Shown here: one piece after another, positions 22,541 to 34,850 of the stretch
Numbering within the stretch: the first letter of the stretch is position 1
Layout of the letters: every line of letters begins with the position of its first letter
Assembly: GCA_043228905.1 (NCBI GenBank)
Contig: JBHGNT010000010.1
Span: forward strand, 1,178,001 to 1,242,000
Length of the DNA stretch: 64,000 bases
Source: Azolla caroliniana
Lineage: Eukaryota > Plantae > Polypodiophyta
Reading direction: 5' to 3'
Notes under the pieces: generated by a model
Database searches by the model: none
What the model saw: the letters and a program-made list of their open reading frames with translations, nothing else
Told to the model about the DNA's origin: nothing
Translations under genes and position numbers: made by a program

Positions 22541-25500
22541 TTGTATATGTAAATATGTATATATTTTTATATATTTATTTTATCTAGTCGCCGGTTCGCC
22601 GGATACCGTCGCCGCCGCCGGATACCGGTGCCGACGCCGGATGCCGCCGCTGCCGCCGGATACCGACGCCGACGCCGGATTGCGGTCGGATGCCGTCGAA
22701 TCACCGGTCCGGTTTTGGTTAGCCAAAACCCTTTTCGAGTAGCTAGCCACCTCCACTTTAAGTTCAAGTTACCTTGAACTCTCTATGCTCCACACATAGA
22801 CACAAAGATAATATCTTTTGCTCCACCTTATATATGATGAGAGCCGTATTTGTCGTGCCTATGTGGGATATCTCAAAATTTTCTCTTTTCTTTTCACAAA
22901 CTTTATACCCTCATATCTTGACATTTATTTGTCCATTTCTCGTGTAATAAAGTGCATTCGAAACCTCCATCATTTGTACTTAGATATTGAAAATGTTATC
23001 TTCACAATTATTGTATTACATGATTCATACTCGATTTTGTACGTTTTATGGGATTTTCACACTATTGCCGAAAATCTTCACGACACCGTGCTCCGGCCTC
23101 TCCGTAGGCCTGCTTCCCCCCTTCTGGATCAGTTATCCGAAAGTCCGCTCTGCCCGGTTCTCGTCCAGGTATGTCCATGACTCCGCATTGCCGGGTCCCG
23201 TTCTCCTGCCGCCACCTTCAGTATCTTGGTCTTACATCGGATCCGATGCCGACCGCCGAAGTCTCTGTCCCGGTGTGAGGTGACCCATAGGACCGGTCTT
23301 CGTTCTTCGCTTCTGGATCGGTTGTATTGGCTGTGACCTCCGCGTCCTTGCCACCACTTTCCGTCTCTTAGGTCTTCTATTGGTTCCCAGACACAACCAC
23401 CTAAGTCTCGGGAATGACTGTGGAGGACCCATACTTCAGTCAACCGCCTCTTTCGTTCCTCCCTACCGCCGTCGATCCCCTGCTTTGCGCTTCCCCACCA
23501 TCTCCCTTCTCTTCCGGTCTCATGTTGCCACGTCGGTCAAATTGCCGAAGTCTCCGGTCAAGATGTGGGGATACCGATTTTGTAACGACTCCCGATGACT
23601 TGTCCTAGGCCACCAACCCTTTTAATGGTGTCGGTGGAAAGCATTCGCCTTATGATCAATCAAGCCCCGCCTAGGCTTGATTCTCAATTGTCCGGAGTTT
23701 CGGCTCCGATGCTGATCCTGCCGGCCTCGTTCTATACTCTCGATTATCTTCTTCCCGATTCCCGACCTTCTCCCGGTCGGTCTTTCTCCCCATATAAAAG
23801 AGGGCAGCTCGTCCGGCACCCTCTCCCGTATCGGCACCTTCATACCGAAGCAGGCCCCTGTCGAATGATCCACATCGTGATGGTGCTCCACCCGAATCGG
23901 AACGCCGACCAATTCTATCCCCGGTCGGGTCAACTTCTGATTCCGCTCCCTTCGGTGCCGGCTCTCCTTTCCCCTTTCTTCTCTGCCGCGGCTCCGTCCT
24001 TGACCTCCTCGCAGGACATTCCCCATCCAATTTCACTGGCATTGTGCCAGGACTCGCTGGCGCCTTCCATCTGTGCGGTCTTATGCCGGCACACAAGCTC
24101 CACCGTTAGAGTCTCCGGAATCCACGTGGAGGGTTCTTCTCCACTCTCGACCTCCACCTTGGCTGGTCTTTCTCCGCAAGTCAAGAGGGCGTCTTGCTCC
24201 ACACCCTCACCCATGGTACCATCGTACCATTCCTCGGCCTCTGCCTGGGCCATGTCAGCCATGTCCGGAAGGCCGACTTGCTCTGAGTCTTCGGAATCCG
24301 TCCGCGTGCCGGATATCTCTTCTTCTTCAACCATTGCCTTTACTGCCTCGAACTCATCCCGAACCAAGGCTTCGACATTGAGCTTCGCCGATCCTTCTTG
24401 TTGCGTGCCCGCTTCCTGCCGTGATGACACACCGTTGCGCATTATCGTCCTTTTTCCTTTCACGGACCGCTCCTCGTCCAACCGTCGGCACATTCATTCG
24501 ACTTCCGACCAGTCGTCGGTAAGAACATTCGGTCTGTGATCGTCTTTGAGCTCAATCTCGATGGCCTCCCATTCCACTCGGTCTATCGACCTAACGAACA
24601 ATAGGACTTTGTGCGCCCTCACCAAACTTTGCTCCCGCTTCGGGAGCCGAGCAAGTTGTCGCTTGAACTCTCGGAATGCCTTCATTGCAGCCCGAAGGGT
24701 CTTCGCCGATGCGACCCACCGGTCAAAGTCGCGTCGTCCCTGGCTCTTTTGCCGTCGTCCATATGCCTGCAGGAGCACCTCTTCGAAGGCCTCGCACAAA
24801 CTATGAGCTTCTCGGAGCTCCTTCACTTCTGCATGCATACAGACACCGACGACCCGATAGAAGAACTCCAGCCTCAGCGCCTCATCTACGTCTCGCTCCT
24901 CCATTTCTGCGTTGTAGGCTTCCAAGTAGAATGGGACTTTGCCCCGTTGAAACGGCCGACTCTTTCGATCACTCGCTCAATAGCTTGTTGCGCCGCTTCC
25001 CATCTCACCGCCACTCGTCTGAACTCGAACACCACTTTGGCCACCATCTCGGCGAAATTGTCGTCTTCCAACTCCATTCTCCCTTGCCGCCCTTTCACGT
25101 CGGGTTCACCAAAGATGTCGCGGTAATCCGTGGGTATGTGTCGAAAGGGGCGGGACCACAGCGGTCTCGGACAAGGAAGAGATGGGTGTCGAGAAGCCGA
25201 CAACTCTCCAATCCCGGTTGCACTGGTTGTGGAGAAACCCGTACCGATTCCGGATGCATACCGGCGGCTACCGAACACGTGAGAAGGAGAGAGAGAGAGA
25301 GAGAGAAACCACGAGGGCAACACCAAGTCAACACACGCCTTTTATGTACAGGAAACAAAGGGAAAGAAATGCATTCGACACCAACAGAGACACAAATATG
25401 CACAAGTTGTTATATATATATTTACACGAGCAAGATACAACTCCGGCTTCGAGACGGACAGGTAGGTTAGGTTACAACAACCGTCTGTTGCCAAGCCACC

Positions 25501-28500
25501 GATCGGGGAGCTCTCGGGCTCGTCGCGCTGAGCGGGGTCTTGCACAGGAGACTAAGCAGAAGCAAACCCCACTGAACATACAAGCTCTTCACCAGACTAA
25601 ACCCTAAATAGACACAAAGGAGAAGATGAAGTTGAAGAACCCTAACCGAAACAAGAAAGTAAGAAGAAGAAGAAGCTACCAAAATGAAACCCTAAACGAA
25701 ATGGGGTGAAGAAGACCAAAGTAGAAACCCTAAGAAAAGAAAAATAAGATGAAGAGGAAAAACACTACCAAAACCTAAATCCAACGATATACCCTCCTAA
25801 CTCAAAATGGGCAACCCCTCTATAAGGAACCCTCACTTCCTTTTATAGAACAAGGAGAGGGATGTGTTACAATGTGCGATAAATCCCGATTTACATGGGA
25901 TTCTCTGTCCCGACTTGACTCCTACCCGGCGCCATAAAGGCACCCCTATCCCCTACACCATTTGTACAAGGGTGAGTGCACATGCTCGACCCAACCAATT
26001 TTTCCGATATTCCCCAGTTTCTCACCATGGCCCGGAATCTTCACGACAACATGAAACGTAAATTTCCGCCCCAATAGATAATGTCGGAATTTATTTATGT
26101 TGTATATCATCCCCAACGCTTCTCGTTCTGTTGTGGAGTAGTTACGCTCTGCCTTTGATAGCTTCCGACTGGCGTAATACACCGTTCTGTACCAATTCAA
26201 CTCCGTGAGCTGCATCAACGCACTACCTATTGCTATGTCTGAGGCGTCTTCCAAAATGTGAAATGATTTCCCCCAATCTGGTGGTTGTACGACTGGTGCC
26301 TTAGTCAGCATTATCTTAAGCACATCATACACTTTGTCTTCAAATGTCGTCCAACTGAAAGGTGTACGGTGGATGGCGGCATGTAACGGCGTGGTGAAAT
26401 CCTCCAAATACTGTAACATACGACTATGCCAACGTATTTGTGCCAAAAAATGAGTGCTTTGGTTGTTGTCGGCGTTTTTGCTTGAATGATCGCGGAAATT
26501 TTATTAGGATCCACTGTTATTCCCTCCTTGCTGACGATGTGGCCGAGGAGGGCTCCGCTTGTGACGCCGAATGCGCATTTGGCTGGATTTAGGCTTAAGC
26601 GTGCAGCCTGGCAGCGCTCCAGACACAGTCATAAATGACTCAGATGGTCGGTTGTTGTCCCATACACCGCGAAATCTTCTAGAAAGACTTGCATGAAGGC
26701 GGGTATGTAATCCCCAAAAAATTTCGTAATTGTCCATTAGAATGTAGCAGGCGTCGTTTTTAACCTGAACATCATGGCTACCATGACATAAACTCCCCAG
26801 TCGATGACAAACGTCGTCTTCTATTGGTCGTCAGGATGCATGCATACTTGATTGTATCCACTAAAGCTGTCTACAAAACTATACATGTCATGCCCTGCGA
26901 TTGAGGCCAGTACGCTGTCGGTGAAAGGTAAGGGAAACGCATCTGTAATAGTTACGACGTTAAGTTTCTAATAGTCCACGCAAACATGGATTTTTCCATT
27001 TTTCTTCGGGACTAAAACTATCGGGGTCAGCCACGTAGCTTGCTTGACCGGTTCGAATGAACCCAACCTTGAGAAGTTTGTCAATTTCTTCTTTTACACA
27101 AGCCGTGTAATTTGAGTTCATTTGGTATCGACGTTGTTGAACAGGTTTCACGTCGGTAGCTAAATTGATCTTATGCTGGTAGAATTTTGGATCCAATCCC
27201 TTCTTATCTTCGTGGGACCATGTGAGCACATCTTTATATTCCTTGAGCAGGGCTAACATCGCCTCTTTCTGATCTGGTAGTAAGTCTTTTGCGATGGAGA
27301 GTAATCGGGGATCCGTCATCGTTCCTACGTTAACTTCTTCCAACGTTGAGGTAGTCACTCGTCGTGAAATTTCCATTTCCTTCTCGAACTTGGCCCGTGC
27401 TCAATTTAATTCCATTATCGACTCTAGGGCTGGTTCATAAGCCTCTTCGTGAAGTGTAGTGGGAGTAGCGTATTCCGCCGCGGTTTCTATTACGTCAATT
27501 TCGAATAGGAGGATGGTTCGCGAGTGCTCATCTAGGTATGTTTCCAACTCTGTATCATCCACTCCTTCCAACATATTTATGTCTTCCGCATACAATGGTG
27601 TCATTCCTTTGGGTTGCGCCATCATTTCTTCTGTGGGTACGCGAACTTTGCTGCGTCCTCGTCGGAAACTAATACAATTATGTTGCCAACTCTGTTTAAT
27701 GTTAGCCGAACGAAGCCAAGGTTTGCCAAGTAGTAATGGGTACGCTCCCAGAGTGTCGAGTGTGAGTACTACCGCTAGAATGTCAAAGCAGTGACCGCTA
27801 ATGATGATGTAGAGTTTCTGGATTAACCCTAAGGGTCTGACAGATCGGGTATCCGCCATGCGAGCCAAAATGGGCAAGTTTCCCATTCCGAAATTCCTAA
27901 CTGTTCACATGTTTTGGCACTAATCACATTAACGCCCCAGCCCCCGTTGATTATACAGCCTGTTATTTCCTGCTCATGTAGTACTAGTTTAATGCCTAGA
28001 TTGTGGTGATCCACCACTGTTGGTCTGACGCTCGTTTCGGCAAGATTTGCTGAGATGGTTATACCAGACCTGCCTGTTATGCGGTCTTCTATGTCCTGTC
28101 GGAATCGTGGAACTAGTTGAAGGAGTTTTTCCATGGTCATGGTTATTTCGCAGCCTGGCAGTGCTTGTCATATGGGGTCCGGGGATATTATGTTTTCTTC
28201 TATCGGACCAACATTGGTTGCGGACTCCTGCCGCATACACGTCGTATTTGCCGCATTTGCTTTTTCTACCCATGCTTGGGCCGCTTTGCGTACCTCATCT
28301 TGTGCAGCCCAGTCCGCATTCTTTGTTTGTTTCTGTGTCGTGAACTACTGAACTTCCGCCGTAATTGTATTTACGACAGGTCCTTTGCCCTTGCGCAGAG
28401 GACATTGAGTTGCGTAGTGTCCGGGCTATTGGCAGACGAAACAATGTACGCTAGACTCTCCTTTCTCTACAGGTGGCGGCGGATTCCTATCCCTAAGCAT

Positions 28501-28916
28501 CACTGGCTTCTCCTAGTCTTGCTGCATTCTCCTGGAATTCCGGGGTGTTTGCAGTTGGTCCCTGCGTGACTCCTGGTGTCGGTCATCCTCCGAACGTTCA
28601 TCATAACGCTGTTGGTCCCTATACTATCGATGATTTCCTTGTGAGTGAGGCCCATTTAATCCACCACGCCTGTTCGTCGAACGGTGGTTGTCGTAATGAC
28701 GCCCCCCTTTATTATACTGGTGGTTGCCCCGATATTCTTCATCCTCCGGCTCCTCTTCATCAGAGTCGTTGCTATCCCGACGATTACGGTAGTGCCGGTC
28801 ATTGCATGGATTTCGATTTGTATATTGAGGTCATTCCTCTTGGCGCCTTTGATCATTTCCGGGAGGTGGTCACTGTGGTTCTACGCGTCGTACTGTGGGC
28901 GTAGGTCTGTTCAGCA

Positions 28917-28947
28917 CTAAACCCTAAACCCTAAACCCTAAACCCTA
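28917..28947. repeat. Interstitial telomeric repeat (CCCTAAA) ~4.4 units inside P1 gag
   Basis: CTAAA(CCCTAAA)3CCCTA read directly. Confidence 0.9.
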
Positions 28948-29596
28948 GCCTCGTCATCTGTCGCAACCCATTCTAATTTCCGTTGTAGAGTCTGGAAGCG
29001 TAAGCTAAAGTCCGCGACCAATTTTGCTAGCAGATGCTTGATTGTGTAGAACTGCCCGATGATTTCGCGTTGAGGTACCCTTCGATGAAAAAATCACAGA
29101 AATGTTGACTGCAACTGGTCAAAGGTGTGGATTGCTGGTGGGTCCATCTGGGAATGCCAAAACGCGGCTCTACAATCCAGAGTTAATCCAAACTCAGTCA
29201 TTTTTTACTGGTGCACTTCCTCTTTTGGAAATCACCGCGCCATGTGATTTGCAGTCCAAATGTTCAAGAATAGCCGGATGTGGCTTGCGGCGTCTGTTTC
29301 GCCATTAAAGCGTGGGTAGGAGAAGGCCGTTCCGGATGCTATGGTGGGCAGGGAAATATCACGGTACTCGTGTGGTGATAGCACTTCCTGTTTGACGTCG
29401 CGGTGTTGGGTGAGCGTGGAGTCGACTTTGTGGTCCGAACAGATATCACTCATGCGATGTTTTTGCCTTGCGCGCTCCTTTGTCTGGTGCGTGATGGACC
29501 TCGTGAGTGGTCGGACTTGTCGGGTCGGTTCTCTGGGCCGTCTACGGCTAGACATCCATCCCTTGTTGTTCGTCTGTGAGAAATCACAGATGACTA

Positions 29597-29605
29597 GGCG
29601 TGCCA
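29597..29605 (-). promoter_or_regulatory. PBS (tRNA-Arg-like) of P1
   Basis: TGGCACGCC on the element strand, 4 nt after the 5' LTR. Confidence 0.75.
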
Positions 29606-30079
29606 AACATGTCACCGATTAGGAACACTGTCTACGCTCAGTCCTTTGAGGTAGACCTCAAGGTAACCGTGTTACAAGGAATGGAACCGTCTTCGCGTGA
29701 GGAGTAATGGGATACCACCTTGTATCATGGTAGCATGTAAGGGAGACAACTACAACCGAACTCCTTAATAAGTGCACTAGGACATGCAGCTACGCTTACA
29801 CACACTTACAATTTAAATAGTACGCAACAGAGTAACAATGGATTGTTACGCAAATAGACACAAATAATGCATAGAGGTCAGAGAAGATAGGATTCTATTA
29901 GAAAAACGTCTTGCACTCAAAATTACACGCTACCTCTTACAGAGGATTTCTACCCTTTATATACACGGGGCTTTTAGCAGTTCACTCTTCCCGTGTGAAC
30001 CGTTACATTCCTTTCTTAACGTTTTACTATATTATAATACTTCTGCGCTTCTGTCTGTCGGTTACGATTCCGGCAGACA

Positions 30080-31599
30080 AAACTTAGTCGCATTAAAGAA
30101 GTTAAGATGCTTAGCTTCACGAAAATAAAATCTGATCTTTTAGATCATCTTCGAGGGAAATACCTTGATAATAGTTATTTTTCGAAATACTGGACGAAAG
30201 ACGATTCTGGTTTATATGTCGTTACTAACACCCTACCCTCCAAGGCGACCTTTCACATTATAAACGGTTTGCTCTACCGTAGTGGAAAGGTCTATGTTCC
30301 AGATTTACAAAACATAAAACAGAAATATTCTTCATGAATGTCATGATGCAACGCACACTCGTTCTCATCCTGGAATACAATGCACACTCGTTCTCATCTC
30401 GAGTACTTTTTGTGGCCTACGATGCGCTCTTACGTGCATCAATACGTAACTCAATGCTTACAATGTCAGAGGAATAAGTCAGAACGACTTAAAGCTTTTG
30501 GTCTTTTACATCCCTTAGATATTCCCAACAAAAAATGGGAAAGTATCTTGATGAATTTTATTGTTAGTTTACCTCGTACACAGAGGGGTCATGATGCCAT
30601 TTGGGTTGTCGTTGACAGACTAACAAAATTGGCTAGATTTATTTCTACCAAAACCACGGTAACCACTCAACAATTGGCTTATCAATTTGTTGATGAGTTA
30701 TTTCGTTTTTATGGATTACCGATGGATATTGTTAGTGATCGAGATTCCAAGTTTACTAGTAACTTTTGGACTCAAATCTTTAAGAAACTAGAAACTACAT
30801 TGAGTATGAGTTCCGCAGATCATCCTCAGTCTGATGGACAAACTGAACGGGTTAATTATTTATTGAGGACATGTTTCGAGCTTATGTAACAAAAACCCCT
30901 TCTAAGTGGGAGCAATACCTTCCTATCTTAGAATTTTCCTATAATAGCTCTAAACATACATCCACTAGATATAGTCCTTTTATGTTGATGTATGGTTTTC
31001 AGCCACGTGCCCCAGTTGATGTCACGATTCATCGTGATACATTAGACAGTACACGCAATATTTTGCAAGACATGAACCAAATGTTGCATATTTCCAAAGA
31101 GAATGCCAAGACGGCTCAAGATCGTGCTCGATTTTATGCTGATTAGGATAGACGTCCTCGTGCATTTACTATTAGTAAAAAAGTTTTTTTGCATGTTCCT
31201 AGTGACTCTACATCATTGTCTACGGGCAAGTGCGCTAAGTTAGCCCCACGATATTGTATCCCATTTGAAGTCCTTAAGTAGGTTGGGTCATCTGCTTAAC
31301 GTTGGTATTCATCGTGTTTTTCACATCAGTCGTCTAAAACTAGTTTTAGGCTCTAGTGATAACACCATCACAATCCAAAATCTTGTAACATTAGAGGTAT
31401 TTTTTTTACAAACCTCATGCTCTTGAAAGAATTCTTGATTCTCGTACTAAACGTTTACATTCTAAAGAGATTTGGCTATTCAAGATCAAATGGATGGATA
31501 AGCCTATTGATGATGCCACATGGGAATGCGAGCATACTCTTACGACACAATTTTCTCACTTTATATTGCAAGAGTGCAATCTTCTGAATTAGGGGAGTA
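30080..31599 (+). pseudogene. Chromovirus integrase and chromodomain, then PPT; 3' part of the oldest host element
   Basis: H-C zinc finger (CLQCQRNK), WVVVDRLTK, VSDRDSKF, HPQSDGQTER; chromodomain-like ERILDSR...FKIKW...DDATWE ~31425-31560; PPT AGGGGAG 31591-31597. Linking it to 1068-2648 is inferred from strand, AT content and domain order. Confidence 0.85.
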
Positions 31600-31826
31600 T
31601 GTTATGTACACATAACGTTGGTGAGGGTAGGTCACTAATGTTTACATTAGTGAGGGGTATGTTCACTAATGTTAAAAAGGGGGTGAATGATTGGATAGAA
31701 GGAATGATAGGTGCATACACTATCATGATAGGGTTCAACGCTAGTCTTAAGCCTCCTATCTATTCTTGTATCTTCTCTTCATATAATATACCACTTTTTA
31801 TCATCATTCTCTCTCTCTCTCCCCTA
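31600..31826 (+). repeat. 3' LTR of the chromovirus (left part; probably continues at 51524-51747)
   Basis: TGTTATG follows the PPT; interrupted by P2 at a (CT)n tract, and (CT)n resumes at 51524. Confidence 0.65.
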
Positions 31827-32290
31827 TGTTATCGCTAGGGCCGGACAATGGCCTAACACAGGGTGTCCCTTTGAGACACTTCACCAAAGGGTGTTGCAGT
31901 GAGATAAAGTTAGACCGACTATTAATGAAACCCTAATTGGTTAGTAAGCGGCAAGATCATTAGTCACAATACAAGCATAGGATAAATTACACTTAGCACA
32001 AAACAATAATTAACAATGATTAAGATACAGAACAATAGCACTCTATTAATTATCCACCAATGATTACAATCTAACCGGGCCCTTTTATAGGTCTCCAGCT
32101 CTAGGTACAAACCAGTGCCAACTGGCAACCAGCTACGAACAGGTCCGGATCTGGATCAGCATACCGATTCCAGGTCCGTCCGTTCGCTTCTCAAAATCAT
32201 AATAATTCTATATTATATATATAATCAGCTCCCGGTTATTAATTATCCCCTTCTTCCATTTTGGACTTTCCTTGCTAGCCGGTTAACACA

Positions 32291-32307
32291 TGGCACGCCC
32301 GTGGGAC
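32291..32307 (+). promoter_or_regulatory. PBS-like sequence (tRNA-Arg-like) on the antisense strand at the PPT position of P2
   Basis: TGGCACGCCCGTGGGAC 2 nt inside the 3' LTR boundary; no purine tract. Confidence 0.8.
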
Positions 32308-32319
32308 AGTACCTTGTAC

Positions 32320-34850
32320 GTCAAATCCCACAATCCGGCTTCATTCATCCTCCAAAATATCCAGAATGCATTGATCTAAGCGTTCCAATGGTTCTTCGGG
32401 AAGCTGTTCAGTCATCTGTTGCCGTTGTTGTTCCTCCTCCTGTTGTTGCCATGATTTCTGTTGTTCCTTCAGCTGCTCTTGTTGCCGCTCCAGGTCCAGC
32501 TGTGGCTGCTTCTAGTTGACGTCTATTTCCTACGGCTCTATCGGTGTAACCGGCTCTTCCTCCTTTTCCGGCGTGCATCGGTTCCTACGGATAACCTTCC
32601 TTTAGCGGCTCCTCCTGAGTACTATCTGGTTGGCTTCCCCCGTCTTTAACCGGGGTTTGTTTTGAAGATGGCTCCTCTTCACTGATGCTAATCGCTGTAG
32701 TTTTCTTGGCCACTTCTTGCCATTGTCGTTCCTATGTGTACTTTTCGAAACGGAATTGGTTGTCCAGATGGTCATCATCTAGCTGTGCCACCAACTGGAG
32801 TACTGCCACCCTCTTCTCATCAGCCAAGGATATGAAATCATCCGACAGTTCTTCCTTTATAACTTCGATGCTTTCCTTATCCAGGATGTAAACTGTGTCG
32901 CCCTCTTTCTGCCGGTTTTCCGCATCTGCTCACAGCAACTGTAGCTCCGCTGCTTGCTTAACCCACTAAGACCACCACTGTACTGAGATTTCTTCCACTA
33001 ATTACTTCGTTCGATTCCTCCATGCTAGTACGATATCCCGGATCCGCCCCAGCCCCATCTTTGGCTTGTTCTCCGCGGCCTGTTTTTCGTCCTTCAATTG
33101 TTTGATCAGGCTTGCGATTGCCACTTCTTGGCTTCTGTACTGCATGAGTTGGGTCTGATAGGTCATCTGAACTCTATTCAGAGTCATTGTAGCGCGCTCC
33201 GTTTCCGCATGGAGCTTTACTTGCAAGTCTAGTCACTCTTTCGCTGCTTCCACCAATAGTTTAGCTGCTTCGGCTCCCTTCGACTGCTCGTCCATCAATG
33301 CCGTCGTTATCCGATTAATTTCCTCCCAGAGTTCCCTGCACTTTTCCTGCTGGTGGTCACTCTCAATAATCAATTTCTTATGATCAGAATCCAAATGCTT
33401 ATAATCCAGGTGTAGTCGGTCGAAGTCATCAGTTTTCTGTTTAGCTTTTGATTGATAAGCCGGTGAGCACGGTCGTCACGGTCTTTTTGTTGCCGGAGCT
33501 CTTCTTTGAGGCGCTCAATCTCCACTTCCGCCGTCCACCGGTGTTTCTCTTTTTCTTGCACGAGTTTGTCTTTCTCTTCTTCAGTCGGTCATACGCTTGA
33601 TGACCTCTTCTCAAGCTTTCCTCTGTTCCGCGGAGGCTGTCGGCTGTCCTCCTTTGTTCCTCCTCCGCTACTTTTTTCAATTCTCGTTCCCTGGCTCGTA
33701 AAGCTTCTTGTGCTGCCAGGTCTTCCCTTAATGTGGCAAGCTCCTGTGCTGATGTTTTATGAGTATCCAGGCCTGCCTCAGTCACCGGGGTCTGATTGTT
33801 CTGTAAAGTTACGGGAGCCACCGGTTCCGATTTCTGTGGTCCTTCTATGAACAACTTGGCCATTTTTGTTCTGGCCTTCTCTATATCTTCTTCCATGCTC
33901 CGGATTCTTGACCGGGCCATCTCTAATTCCTCGGTTGTGGCTAGCAACCGGGCTTCCTACGTTTTCTCTTCTGCTTCTAACTGGCAGACGACACCGGTCA
34001 CTTGTTCTGCTACCCATCATAGCCATTGACTGTCGGTGCCTTGTTGTCGTGCTGGTTCTGGTCGTGGGAGGGTGTTTTCACTGGCCATGAGCCTACTATT
34101 GATGGTTCCGTCAAGCGGCCTCTCCGGTTCTGGCTGTTGCTGCGACGGTGGCGATGTCGGCAATTCAATGACCGGTTCTTGATCCACCGGTACTGCCGTG
34201 TCCTGCACCGCTGGTTCCGAAATGTCCTGTCGCACCACTTGCTCCGTCCCCGATTCTTGTTGAGCCAGTTCTGCCACCTTCCTAGGCTGTGGCTCCTCAG
34301 GAAGGGCTTCCAATATAATATCCTCATTGGCCTTGATGTCCCCCCTTCGTGGCCCTTTTAACTTGTTTGGCGACGACGTAACAACGTTTCCGTAGGCTCA
34401 TCTTCTTGATGTTCTTCCTCCAGGGTCTTGCTGTTGATTAATGCTGCCAAGGGGTCCTGCCCCTATGTTTTCTCCGGTTGTTGTTCTGCTTGTTGTTCCA
34501 TCAGGCGCAACTTGACTTTTAAAGGTCTCCCCGAGGTGTCCACTGATGCCTACTTCTCTGCCGGTCGCTTCCGATTCTGTCGGTCTTCCCCTCTTCCTTT
34601 GTTTCATGGGCTCCACCAGCGGTGCTAATAGAGTGAGCCATTGCACCACTGCTGTACACATCTTTTTGCCATCTTTTATTGAGATGATGGCAACGCTCAG
34701 GCAGTCGGCCAATCCACCTGTACTCCCTCATAGGTAGCTATGATCAAACCGGCTCTATTCCTAGGCATCGGCTGTGGTCGGGGGTATACATGACCATACT
34801 CGTGGAGTACCCGAGCAATATCCGGAAACAATAGGTCTTCACCCGAGTTG
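32320..34850 (-). pseudogene. Extra 3' ORF of P2 (coiled-coil part); N-terminus at 44871-45030
   Basis: Co-oriented E/K/R-rich ORF pieces 33002-33226, 33370-33561, 33441-33947, 34017-34313, 34398-34712. Confidence 0.65.

Larger units (their letters stand above)
19068..23085 (-). mobile_element. tRNA-Trp-primed Gag-only LTR element T1 nested in T2
   Basis: LTR-like units 19068-19732 and 22071-23085 (the latter has a 12-bp inverted end TGTCGTGAAGAT/ATCTTCACGACA); PBS 22046-22062; PPT GGTGGGGTGGA 19733-19743; CCGT on both flanks. Confidence 0.8.
17994..26048 (-). mobile_element. tRNA-Trp-primed Gag-only LTR element T2 (frameshifted gag, no pol seen)
   Basis: 5' LTR 25116-26048 (TGTCG...TCACGACA); truncated 3' LTR 17994-18537 matching 25273-25811; PBS 25095-25111; gag pieces VIERVGRFNG, AYNAEMEERDVDEALRLEFF. 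Confidence 0.8.
13895..30079 (-). mobile_element. Non-chromoviral Ty3/gypsy P1 (Phygy-like), decayed, with extra 3' ORF; hosts the Trp-family insertions
   Basis: Direct LTRs 13895-14362 (first bases lost) and 29610-30079; minus-strand gag ~28000-29450 (FSYPRFNGETDAASHI), PR ~27400-27960, RT ~26500-27376, RNase H 26049-26446 (YYASRKLSKAERNYSTTERE) continuing at 17600-17997; integrase mostly deleted. Confidence 0.88.

Noticed and set aside
22590-22700. GC-rich GCCGCCGGATACC repeats as a separate element
   Set aside because: A low-complexity tract inside the 22071-23085 LTR with no termini of its own.
23595-25470. Long plus-strand ORFs (314 and 264 aa)
   Set aside because: Antisense shadows of the GC-rich T2 gag with no domain motifs.
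31822-31826. TSD for P2
   Set aside because: Flanks CCCTA and TCTCT do not match; the site is a (CT)n tract, so a TSD cannot be established.
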